Below, piece after piece: positions 1 to 11,655 of a DNA stretch of 64,000 nt. The notes under the pieces are model-generated. The model saw nothing but the letters and a program-made list of their open reading frames with translations. It searched no databases and was not told where the DNA came from. Source of the DNA: Rhizophagus irregularis (taxonomy: Eukaryota); NCBI RefSeq assembly GCF_026210795.1, contig NC_089430.1:1488001-1552000 (forward strand), in the 5' to 3' direction. A program made the translations under genes and the position numbers. Position 1 is the first letter of the stretch. Each line of letters opens with the position of its first letter.

Positions 1-1257
1 CAAATAAAAAATTTTTTTTTAAAAAAAATATCGATCGTTTTCTACTATTTTTTACTATTTTATTAATCTGAAATAGTGTTAGTTTAACTCATTAGTAACT
101 ACACTAAAAATTACTTTAATTATTATAAAGTTTTTAATAATAACGGTTCTTTACGGCTAATTGGCTCTTTGAGGTAAGTTCAGAAGCTTTTATTTTATTT
201 TTTTTTTGTTTTTTTCTTTTTCGGAACGGTACTAACCATTCCTACCTTTTCTTTTTTTTGTTAAACATTTTAAGTAGGTTTTTTTTGTTTTTTTCTTTTT
301 AGGAGCCATATTTAACCCATTTCTTTTTCTTTTTTTAATAGGAACGGTTAAAATGTTTTAAGATAGAATTCAATTTTTATTTTATTTTTTCTTTTTTGAA
401 CGGTACTAACCATTTTTTTTTCTTTTTTTTTAGCATTTCGGCCTGGGCTCTCTCCCGGTAAATAGGTATGCTATAATGTTTACTATAGTGTTAGTTTCTT
501 TCTCCTAGAACGGTACTGACCGTTCTTTTTTCTTTTTTTTTTTTAGCAGTTCAGCCTGGACTTTCTCCCGGTAAAATAGGTATTTTATAGTATCTATAAT
601 ATTAGTTTCCTTTTCCTAGAATGGTACTAACCGTTCTTTTTTCTTTTTTTTAGCATTTCGGCCTGGACTTTCTCCCGGTAAATATTTGGTGCTATGATGT
701 CTATGGTGTTAGTTTCCTTCTCCTAGAATGGTACTGACCGTTCTTTTTCCTTTTTTTTTTAGCATTTCAGTCTGGTCTCTCTCCCGGTAAATATTTGGTG
801 CTATGGTGTCTATGGTGTTAGTTTCTTTCTCCTAGAACGGTACTGACCGTTCTTTTTTCTTTTTTTTTTTAGCATTTCGGTCTGGACTTTCTCCCGGTAA
901 ATATTTGGTGCTATGGTATCTGCGGTGTTATTTTCTTTCTCATATGTTTAAATAATCGGCGTATTTGTAAAGTAGAACGGTACTGACCGTTCTTTTGTCT
1001 TTTTTTTTAGCATTTCGATTTGGACTCTCTCCCGGTAAATAGGTGGTGTTATGGTATCTATAATGTTGGTATTTTCTTCTAGATATTAGCCATTCTCTTT
1101 TCTTTTTTTAATAGGAATAGATTAATGGTTTTTTGAGAATAGGTAAATAAGATTTTGAGTAAGAAAACATGGATGTTAGAGAAATGAAAATTTATAATAA
1201 GAGGAACGAAAAAAAATTTAATGTAAAATCTGATATTGAATAATATAAAATTGTGTA
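1..1257. repeat. Left TIR (truncated by window edge) containing six ~110-bp tandem units
   Basis: Near-identical inverted copy at 3503-4762. Unit cores CATTTCGGCCTGGACTTTCTCCCG start at 434, 547, 654, 763, 873 and 1011. Confidence 0.95.
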
Positions 1258-1402
1258 TAATCTATTAACAAATAAAATCAATGATTTAAGTATACATGAA
1301 ATTACTTAAATTCAAATTCTTTATTATTTTTTCATATAAGACATCAGTAATAATGCATTTTTTTGACTAATTAATATATTTTTACATATAACAAATGCCG
1401 CA

Positions 1403-3294
1403 TCATTTATTTTGACATGAACGTCCACTATGGCATCTACTGCTACAGTCTCCACCTGCCTTCTTACAGCGACATTTATTACTATTGCATTCACCTTTAC
1501 AATTACATATACCCCTAATACTAAACCCGCACTCTGAAGACGTGCAGCCTCTCTAATTGATATTTTGTTTAAGGGAATGACTTCTAATTCAGGAAAAGTT
1601 TCTGTTCCAAGTGGTTCTAATTCACTAGCAGAATAATACACTCCAATTATTCCAAATTTTGATCCCAAACTATATTTATTATTTTCAGTTTTTTCCATAA
1701 TTTTACATGGCAAAGTGGGTCGATCAACACTAAATCTATCAATTTTAGGAACAGCAACCCTTACCAGATCACCAATCTGATATTCTTTAATTCTTTTTCT
1801 TCCCTTGCTCATTTGATTAGCCATCTTATTTGTATAATCTTGAAGGTCTTGACGAGCCATATTTCTTAATACTTCGTGCTGTGTATTATTTGTAATATCT
1901 AAAAGGACTGGATCAATAAGTACTATATGTCTATTATTTTCATTATCTTGATCTTGGACCACTGCTCTTTCAATATCTAATTGTTGAACTGGAATATTTG
2001 ATTCTAATTGTATTAGTATGATAAATAATAAAATTTGGCAATTAGATTAAAAAAAACATTTTATTAAATTTAATAAATATTATTGAAATTAATAATTTTT
2101 TTAGTATTAAAAACCTTACCTTGCAAATCATCTATTATATCACTATCCAAATCTTCAATACTATCATATATTTGTATAGTATCAGGTATATCCTCTTCAT
2201 TATAGATATTTTTTGCAAATAATTCATCAATTAAAGTACAATTTCCACGTGGTTTATCACCATATATGAGTTCATATGGTGTTTTTTTATGGGACCGACA
2301 CCATGAATTGTTCATAGCTGAAATAACAAATTTAAGACCAAAAGACCAATCAGTTCGGCCAGTATTCTCTCGCCACTTACCGAGCTTTTGTTGTAAAATT
2401 CCATTAGCACGTTCAACTAGGCCCTGAGACTGCAGATGTCGTGGACGACCATTTATAATCTTTACTGTAGGCCACATTTCAATTAATTCCTTTATTACTC
2501 CCGCACAAAACTCTTTCCCATTGTCAGACTGTAAAATAGTTGGAGGAGAGCCTAAAAAATGGAAAAGTTCAAAAAAATATGCTGCTACTTCAATAGCTCT
2601 TTTTGAAGTAAGAGCTCTGGCCCAAGAGAATCTTGTAAAGTGATCTCTTACATGGCAAATATATTTATATTCGCCATCTGCATCAAATGATAAATCAATA
2701 AGATACATCTAAAAAAAAATAAAAAATAAATTAAATATAATAATAATAAAAAAAAGAATATAAAATAAATTAAATATTTACTTGCACACGAGATAGAAAA
2801 TTCCTTGCAATGATAGGCTTTGCTGCTAAAGGGTGAAATGATGGTTTTCGTACTGCACATATTGTACAATTATTAACAAATTGTTCTACAATATCTTGTT
2901 TAATCCAACCCCACCTTTCTATAATAGACTTCCATATCTGTCTTTGCCCACCATGCTGTGTAATTTCTGCATGAGTTCGACATAAAACTTCGTACATATT
3001 TTCTACAGCCAACACTGGGTTGTTGTTTGCTGCAACAATTACCCTATAGTCACCAGGTGTTATTTCCTCAAGCTTAAACTTTTTCTTAATCCAGCTACGT
3101 GTATTTTTATTAGAAATAGTATTATTTTTAGGGTCTAACAATACTTCTTTAATTTTATTTAAAAAATTAAGATTTATCAAAGCTTTTTCTTGCTTTGACG
3201 TAGGGAGGTTGCCAATGTAACGTTCAATAATTCCATTAAATGTATCTCTGCTGATAAACGTATATTCCATGACAAAACATATAGCTACAAACAT
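1403..3294 (-). pseudogene. Three-exon Ginger-type transposase (HHCC zinc finger, rve integrase core, Cys-rich tail), probably inactivated
   Basis: Exons 3294(or 3270)-2782, 2708-2120 and 2003-1403 join through GT-AG introns. Motifs: HAEITQH...CTIC, QSDNGKEF, QSQGLVERANG. The expected first catalytic Asp reads Y (QMYLIDL). A 1-bp frameshift near 1512-1515 moves CNCKGECNSNKCRCKKAGGDCSSRCH out of frame. Confidence 0.85.
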
Positions 3295-3392
3295 GTGTTT
3301 TCAAGCTGTAACGATATAAAGCATGTGTCTTCAGACTGTAACGAGATAAAACATGTGTTTTCAATCTGTTAACACGATAAAACGTGTTTTCC
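3291..3392. repeat. Three to four imperfect ~30-bp tandem repeats just upstream of the transposase start
   Basis: CATGTGTyTTCAxxCTGTAACGAxATAAA repeated. Confidence 0.7.
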
Positions 3393-3502
3393 ATAAAAAA
3401 AAACTGTAATAAAAAAATGTCGTGTCTTTGTAAAGATTATCAATGATTTGCATCACACATATCACCTGACAATAATCTCAATTTTTAAGTTGATTTTATT
3501 TA

Positions 3503-4884
3503 TTACACAATTTTTATATTATTCAATATCAGATTTTACATTAAATTTTTTTTCGTTCCTCTTATTATAAATTTTCATTTCTCTAATATCCATGTTTTCT
3601 TACTCAAAATCTTATTTACCTATTCTCAAAAAACCATTAATCTATTCCTATTAAAAAAAGAAAAGAGAATGGCTAATATCTAGAAGAAAACACCAACATT
3701 ATAGATACCATAACACCACCTATTTACCGGGAGAGAGTCCAAATCGAAATGCTAAAAAAAAAGACAAAAGAACGGTCAGTACCATTCTACTTTACAAATA
3801 CGCTGATTATTTAAACATATGAGAAAGAAAATAACACCGCAGATACCATAGCACCAAATATTTACCGGGAGAAAGTCCAGACCGAAATGCTAAAAAAAAA
3901 AAGAAAAAAGAATGGTCAGTACCGTTCTAGGAGAAAGAAACTAACACCATAGACACCATAGCACCAAATATTTACCGGGAGAGAGACAAGACCGAAATGC
4001 TAAAAAAAAAAGAAAAAAGAACGGTCAGTACCGTTCTAGGAGAAGAAAACTAACACCATAGACACCATAGCACCAAATATTTACCGGGAGAAAGTCCAGG
4101 CCGAAATGCTAAAAAAAAGAAAAAAGAACGGTTAGTACTATTCTAGGAAAAGAAAACTAATATTATAGATACTATAAAATACCTATTTTACCGGAAGAAA
4201 GTCCAGGCTGAACTGCTAAAAAAAAAAAAAGAAAAAAGAACGGTCAGTACCGTTCTAGGAGAAAGAAACTAACACTATAGTAAACATTATAGCATACCTA
4301 TTTACCGGGAGAGAGCCCAGGCCGAAATGCTAAAAAAAAAAGAAAAAAAAACGGTTAGTACCGTTCAAAAAAGAAAAAATAAAATAAAAATTGAATTCTA
4401 CCTTAAAACATTTTAACCGTTCCTATTAAAAAAAGAAAAAGAAATGGGTTAAATACGGCTCCTAAAAAGAAAAAAACAAAAAAAACCTACTTAAAATGTT
4501 TAACAAAAAAAAGAAAAGGTAGGAATGGTTAGTACCGTTCCGAAAAAGAAAAAAACAAAAAAAAATAAAATAAAAGCTTCCGAACTTACCTCAAAGAGCC
4601 AATTAGCCGTAAAGAACCGTTCTTATTAAAAACTTTATAATAATTAAAGTAATTTTTAGTGTAGTTACTAATGAGTTAAACTAACACTATTTCAGATTAA
4701 TAAAATAGTAAAAAATAGTAGAAAACGATCGATATTTTTTTTAAAAAAAAATTTTTTATTTGCCTCAGATTAAAACCGAGGCACCTCAGATTATCAATGA
4801 TCCACATCACACACCTCACATGACGATTTCAATCTGAGGTGCGTGAGTTGCGATCTGAGGCAAGAATCGATCTGAGGCACAACA
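3503..4884. repeat. Right TIR with subterminal CCTCAGAT/ATCTGAGG motifs
   Basis: Inverted copy of 1-1257. CCTCAGAT occurs twice and ATCTGAGG three times between 4761 and 4880. Confidence 0.9.
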
Positions 4885-5157
4885 TATATAACAGATGAAG
4901 AATGGAACGATATGATAGAAAATGTTCCTTTAGGGAAAGCTAGTGGGCTGACAGAGATTATTTACGAGGATATCAAAAAAGCTCCAGATGAGTTCAATAG
5001 TTTGTTACGAAAATTGATAGATAACATCTTTTTGCAACAAGAATTGCCAGAAGATTGGAAGGATACTAATATATATCTGATACCAAAGGGGTTTAGACTA
5101 GTTAATGCACGACCTATAACTCTTTTAGAAGTGCCTAAGAAAGCATCTTGGGTATAA
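4885..5157 (+). mobile_element. Non-LTR retrotransposon RT N-terminal fragment, the insertion target of the Ginger element
   Basis: Translates as ITDEEWNDMIENVPLGKASGLTEIIYE...LPEDWKDTNIYLIPK...ARPITLLE, typical of LINE RT domains 0-1. Confidence 0.85.
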
Positions 5158-7195
5158 TGAGAACGTTAAAAATATAGCTCATTTGTTTATCTGTTAAATG
5201 TTTCCGTGAAATAATTGATTCACAACAATTCTTCATTTCCTCTTTCACCTGTGCAATCACATGGCTTCGCATTGAACCAAACACCCAAGATCCTTATTGA
5301 ACTGTTTCATCTTGTTGGTTTGATAGCGATTTCATTTTTCCAAATTTAATTTTGACGTCGTCTAACAATTGTTGTCCTGCCATTGATCTTAATGTCATTT
5401 AACTCAAAAAATGCAATTACTATATTATTCTACATAATAATATAATTGATATCAACGAGACTCAAAAAATCCAATTTAATAGAATAAACTCTATTATAAT
5501 CTTAATATCTTTCTTTAATTTGTTTATCCAAAAGATTATGGAATTTGTTATCACTATGCACTTTAACTTTGACTAAAGTTGGTAAATTAATCTTATCCTT
5601 AATAATCAGTTGTTGTATTAACATCCAAATATAAATATTGTTTTCTTCTTTTAAGAGCTTTCTCACATTAAAAAATGTATCATGATTTAAAATCTCATTG
5701 AATCTATTATAAACAACTTCGCAATCCGTAAATATAAAAACCTTTTAAATACTATTACAAACAAGTAATGTGATGAAGAATGCAAAAATTTCTGAAAGTT
5801 CATCGATGATTAAATGATTTCTATCATAAAAATTAATCCCCGCCATTCCATCTGTACCGCTATCTATAATCGAACCATCAACATAAACATATACTTCTTC
5901 TCCTACATGCTTTTTAAGAATCGATAATATTTTTCCAATATTAATATTATCATTAAATTTTTCTTTCAAAATATATTGTTTAATAACGTTAAATTCTATC
6001 CTATTATAACGGAATCTTTTCTATAATTTTTCCACTTAAATATTTCTGGATTATTGAAAAAAATATCATCGTGAAATAAATTGATTTCGAAATGGTGTTG
6101 AATGAAATCAGTCAAAATTATTGACCTATTCACTTCTAAAACTATACTTTTAAATACTTATATTGCTCTAAATAAAATGTTCAATCCATAAATGCTGCAA
6201 TTAAACAAGATACCTTATATACATTCTGATTTAATAAATTCTTTTTTTCGTTCAGACCACAGCCTTCACATCCTATGAAGACTATACTATTATCTGTAGG
6301 ATTACTAACTACATTGAAATATTGAATTATAATCCAACTCCCTTCAATATTATATTTTTTCATTTCCTTTTTATTTACGAAATTTTTAACCAAACCACTA
6401 ATGTCTTTTTAGCTAAAGGATCGATACTACTTTTATGAATTCAAAACCTTTGAAACTTATGATTCAATCTACTGAATATATTTTTTTTGATTTTCCTATT
6501 CGAATTAGGATTTTCCATAATATCATTTTCTAATTCCTCCCCTGAAGCCTTCAATAACGATCACCTACGTAACTTAAAATTATTAATCTTCTTTTGAAAT
6601 ACTTCTTTAAAAGTTAACATATATTTTCCATCTAACATCAAAATCTGGTCTAAAAAAGTTATATTTAATTTTTTTAACGTTAAAATATTTTTAAAGTATA
6701 TCGATTGATTCAAACCACTTTTAACTGTAATCTCTCCTCCAACTATATCCATATTATTGGTTGATAAATTATTCTTAATATCGAAATTATATTTTTTCAA
6801 CAAACTTATAATTATTATCTAGTAATATGAAAGGATTTTTAATTGTTTCTGAAAAATTTTTTTATATTTTTGATATCCCCCACAGCTCCACCGTCAACGA
6901 AAACAAAGGGTTATTAGTCAACAAAAGTAATTCCTGTAGATTTAACAATCTAATCTGTGTGATTCTTCCCAACTCAGATTGGTCATTAATTTGTATAATA
7001 AAATTAGAGATCTTTTCCTGCAATTGATTATCTAAAAATTTTTTAGATTATACATATTTTTTATATGTACGATAGCATTAGGAGCCACCTTTGCTAAACC
7101 CAATTTGTTTTTAAAAAGCGTTCTATATTGCGCCATCAATGAGTTATATTCAGCTTCACTCAAAACTATTAATTGTGTTCGATATTCTATAATAA
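5146..7195 (-). mobile_element. Degraded LINE ORF2 fragments (RT thumb, linker, RNase H)
   Basis: Minus-strand peptides IRILGVWFNA and KHLTDKQMSYIFNVLIIP (~5146-5300). RNase H motifs VYVDGS, SEIFA, IFTDCEVV and VKVKVHSDNKFHNLLD (~5525-5900). IIEYRTQLIVLSE near 7190. Many stops and frameshifts. Confidence 0.8.
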
Positions 7196-7289
7196 AATTT
7201 ATTTAAAATAGAACGGAAATTACATATATGTCTTTAGTTTGATAGTAGTTAAATAATGTAAACTATATAAACAATAATGCTAAACTAAA

Positions 7290-8200
7290 TATCTAGATCG
7301 AATGAAATAAAAAAAAAATTTCATCACATCCCCAATAAACCAGGTTAATAATAATTAAAACACAAAAAAAATAGAACAAAACAAAAACTCACCCCAAGGG
7401 CGAACAAAAAGAAACAATTACACAAAATAAATTAAAAAAAATTATTATAAGTCCAGTTTACATATATCGTAAAATCCATAGGTTTCATATTAAAATAAAT
7501 TGCATTCTTCAACCCTTCTGAGGTGTCAATGAATTTAAAGGTCTTTTATTCTTGTTCACATCTGGATCATAGCTCTTTGGCAATAACTTTTTCGACTTAA
7601 CAATTTTAAACTTCATTTCTTTTTACAATTGCATGTCGCACCTTTCCTTCCAAATCATTGATGTTAAATCTGTTAAATCATACACATTGTCTAGGAAATT
7701 TACTGAGACTTGATACAAATCTTCCTTTTTCATTTCAATCGATTTAATAATAAATCAAACAATTTTAATGGAAATATACTCTTTATAATATCTATAAAGG
7801 TCAGTGCATCTTTATCCATTTTAAGCTTCCCAAAAGACTCATTCCTGAAAAGCTCTTCTATAAGGTTTTTTGTACATCGTATTTATCATAACTTCTAATT
7901 TGTTCAATCAAAAAATCGATTGAGCTTTTAATAATCAGTTTCATTCTCTTTTTTTTCGATGGACACACCCATATGTGATTAAAAGTCTCCTTTTTCCTCT
8001 CACATTGAGGACACTTCCAATCTTTAAATATGTCAAAACCCGATTTAACCTGTCATATTGTTGGTAATTCTTCTGTTAAACGCTGTATTTTTTCCGTCAA
8101 CGTCTTGAAGTCCTAAAACTCGTATTTAAGGAACTTTCACCTTCTTTAAAATATTTGAAAGTAACTTCCTATACAACCCTTCACTAACGTATTTAGTATT
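7290..8200 (-). mobile_element. Degraded LINE 3' region with CCHC zinc finger
   Basis: Minus-strand FTEELPT and GFDIFKDWKCPQCERKKETFNHIWVC (~7960-8085), IWKERCD (~7640), then a T-rich UTR-like tract. Boundaries are approximate. Confidence 0.75.
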
Positions 8201-8612
8201 CTATTCAAATTTAAAATTGTTTGAAATTTCATAATTCAGTATATTCTCTTATAAAATGACGCAGTCTTTTTTCAGTTTAAAAATATATATATATATATAT
8301 ATATTAAATGCTAATATGTTTATAGTTTAAAAAATTTTTATTATCCAATTTCAGCAAATTCAGATTATACTGTATGTCTGTATGTAAATCATCATCCAAA
8401 TCTTTATATAAACCGTTATTAGTAAGAAATTGATTTGCAATGGACATGATTTTGTTATAATGAAACTGCAATGCAGTGAAATGTGGTGAATGTACAACAA
8501 TGCAGTGAAACATAGCATATACAGTATTAAAAAAGGACACTTCCTTTTTGGAATGCACCATTTAGGAATTTAAATTTTTTAAATTGTTGACAAATAAAAC
8601 TATTTATTAATA

Positions 8613-11600
8613 ATGTTAACTTCCACTGATATCAAAGATTCAAGTGATAACATTAATTGGTTAGAAAAATCAGCAGAAAAGGGTAGTGAAGAATCAACGC
8701 ACAATATTGCCTTACGATACTACAATGGTGAAGGGACAGAAAAGGACTTGGGATTGGCCTTTTACTGGTTTCAGACAACAGCAGAGAAGGGTTATAAAGG
8801 GTCAATGCACAATCTTGCCTTGTGTTACTACAATGGTGAAGGAACAGAAAAGGACTTGGGAATGGCCTTTCACTGGTTTCAGAAAGCAGCAGAGAAGGGT
8901 CATAAAGGGTCAATGCACAATCTTGCCTTACAATACAGCAATGGTGAAGGGACAGAAAAGGACTTGGGAATAGCCTTTTACTGGTTTCAGAAAGCAGCAG
9001 AGAAGGGTCATGAAGGGTCAATGTACAATCTTGCCTTACAATACGATGATAGTGAAGGAACAGAAAAGGACTTGGGAATGGCCTTTCACTGGTTTCAAAA
9101 AGCAGCAGAGAAGGGTCATGAAGGGTCAATGCACAATCTTGCCTTACGGTACTACAATGGTAAAGGAACAGAGAAAGACTTGGGAATGGCCTTTCACTGG
9201 TTTCAGAAAGTGGCAGAAAAGGGTCATGAAGGGTCAATGTATAATCTTGCTTTATGTTATGACAATGGTGAAGGAACAGAAAGGAACTTGGAAATGGCCT
9301 TTCACTGGTTTCAAAAAGCAGCAGAGAAGGGTCATGAAGGGTCAATGCATGGTCTTGCGTTATGTTACAACAATGGTGAAGGGACAAAGAAGGACTTGGA
9401 AATGACCTTTTACTGGTTTCAGAAAGCAGCAGAAAAGGGTCATGAAGGATCAATCTACAGTCTTGCCTCATGTTACTACAGTGGTAAAGGAACAGAGAAG
9501 GACTTGGAAATGGCCTTTCACTGGTTTCAAAAAGTGGCAGAGAGGGGTCATGAAAGATCAATGCACAATCTTGCCTCATGTTACTACAATGGTAAAGGGA
9601 CAGAGAAGAACTTGGAAATGGCTTTTCACTGGTTTCAGAAAGCAGCAGAGAAGGGTCATGAAGGGTCAATGTATGGTCTTGCCTCATGTTATGACAATGG
9701 TGAAGGAATAGAGAAGGACTTGGGAATGGCTTTTTACTGGTTTCAGAAAGCAGCAGAGAAGGGTCATAAGGGGTCAATGCACAGTCTTGCCTTACAATAT
9801 GACCATGGTAAAGGGACAGAAAAGGACTTGGGAATGGCCTTTCACTGGTTTCAAAAAGCAGCAGAGAAGGGTCATGAAGGGTCAATGCACAATCTTGCCT
9901 TACGATATTACAATGGTGAAGGGACAGAAAAGGACTTGGGATTGGCCTTTTACTGGTTTCAGACAACAGCAGAGAAGGGTTATAAAGGGTCAATGCACAA
10001 TCTTGCCTTGTGTTACTACAATGGTGAAGGGATAGAGAAGGACTTGGGAATGGCCTTTCACTGGTTTCAGAAAGCAGCAGAGAAGGGTTATGAAGGGTCA
10101 TCAATGCATAATCTTGCCTTTTGTTATGACAATGGTGAAGGGACAGAGAAGGACTTGGGAATGGCCTTTCACTGGTTTCAAAAAGCGGCAGAGAAGGGTC
10201 ATGAAGGGTCAATGCATGGTCTTACCTTATGTTATGAAAATGGTGAAGGGACAGAGAAGAATTTGGAAAAAGCCTTTTATTGGCACAAAATAACTCCTGA
10301 TAGTTTTAAAATTAACAACTTATGTAAGGAATGCAATCAACCATATATTGATTACAAATGGTGCCAACAATGTAATATTAAACAATTTCAGCAAGATTTT
10401 TCAAAATGGACTAGTAAAAATAAATTTATTGATAAATTTATTCAAGAAGCACAACTAAATGCTAAAAGTAATTATGAAGTTTTAGAATGGATACCTTATA
10501 ATAAATTGAATAATATTAATTATTATGATAAAGGAGGATTTAGTGAAATTTATAGGGCTAACTGGTTAGATGGACCTATTGATAGTTGGAACTTTGATGA
10601 ACAACAATGGAATAGATGGACTGAATATGAGGTTATTCTTAAAAATCTTAATAATTCATCAAGTTTAAGTGATAAATTTCTAGATGAGGTATAGTATATT
10701 TATTTATTAGGTACTAATTGTATATTTTATTTTATCTTATAAATTAATAATTTTAAATATTTACTGTATATAGTGGAAACATCATTATAATTGTCAGAAA
10801 AAATCATTTTCAAAATTTATTCAATTCTTTGGAATTTCCCAAGATCCAAATAATTTAAATTATATGATAATAATGAGTTATGCAAAAAAAGGAAGTTTGA
10901 AAAAATGTTTATCTAATATAGTTAAATTTAAATGGCAAACTAAATTGCAATTATTGAAAAAAATTATTTTGGGACTTAAAGTAATACATGAATCAGAACT
11001 TACTCATTGTGATTTTCATGATGGTAATATCTTAATATCAGATGACTATAATGAAATCTATATTATTGATTTAGGATTATGCAAACCTATACAAAATTCT
11101 GATGATAAAATTGATAAAGTTTATGGAATTATACCTTATATGGCACCTGAAATATTAAGAAACAACCCTTATACTCCAGCAAGTGATATTTATAGTTTTT
11201 CAATGATAATGTGGGAATTTACATCGGGTATTCCCCCATTTAATAACAAAGCACATGATGTTGAACTTATTTTAAGTATTTGTGAAGGAGATCGCCCTGA
11301 AATTATAAAAAATACTCCAAAATGTTATATAGATTTGATGAAAAAGTGCTGGGATTCAGATCCTTCCAAAAGACCAAATATAGTAATTATTGAAAATACT
11401 ATATCTGAATGGCTTAGATGTATTAATAAATATTATATATTAAATGGTGAAGATGAACAAAGATATGAAGTTTCTAATATTGATAATCAATTAAAAAATG
11501 ATATGCATGAATTTATAAAAGCAAATAGAGTTTCGATACAAGAACAAGCTAATATTCCTGTTTTACAAACTCATCCACAAGCATATTATACAAGCCGCTT

Positions 11601-11655
11601 GCTTACTGAAATTTTATATCAAAATAATTCTGAGTGTTTAGATTGTATAATTTAA
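8613..11655 (+). CDS. Sel1-repeat (15 units) TKL-type protein kinase, 2 exons
   Basis: Exons 8613-10688 and 10774-11655, GT-AG intron, in frame. 36-aa Sel1 units, then CxxC..CxxC, WTS/WIPY, GGFSEIY, VILK, HCDFHDGN, DLG and APE. Confidence 0.93.

Larger units (their letters stand above)
1..4884 (-). mobile_element. Ginger-like (integrase-type DDE) DNA transposon with very long TIRs; left end lies outside the window
   Basis: Bases 1..~1257 are the reverse complement of ~3503..4762. The right arm continues to ...GAGGCACAACA at 4884 (TGT...ACA-type terminus), followed by TATA and LINE sequence. An internal integrase-like gene lies on the minus strand. Confidence 0.85.

Noticed and set aside
431..1040. 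CRISPR interpretation of the 24-nt repeats
   Set aside because: The spacers are homologous to one another and intron-like, and they lie within TIRs.
8304..8561. 85-aa ORF divergent from the Sel1 kinase
   Set aside because: No recognisable motif or further exon; could be a gene fragment but is unsupported.
8653..10212. 519-aa minus-strand repeat ORF and short alternative-frame ORFs
   Set aside because: Shadows of the Sel1 array: one stop-free 108-bp unit repeated yields a long ORF automatically.
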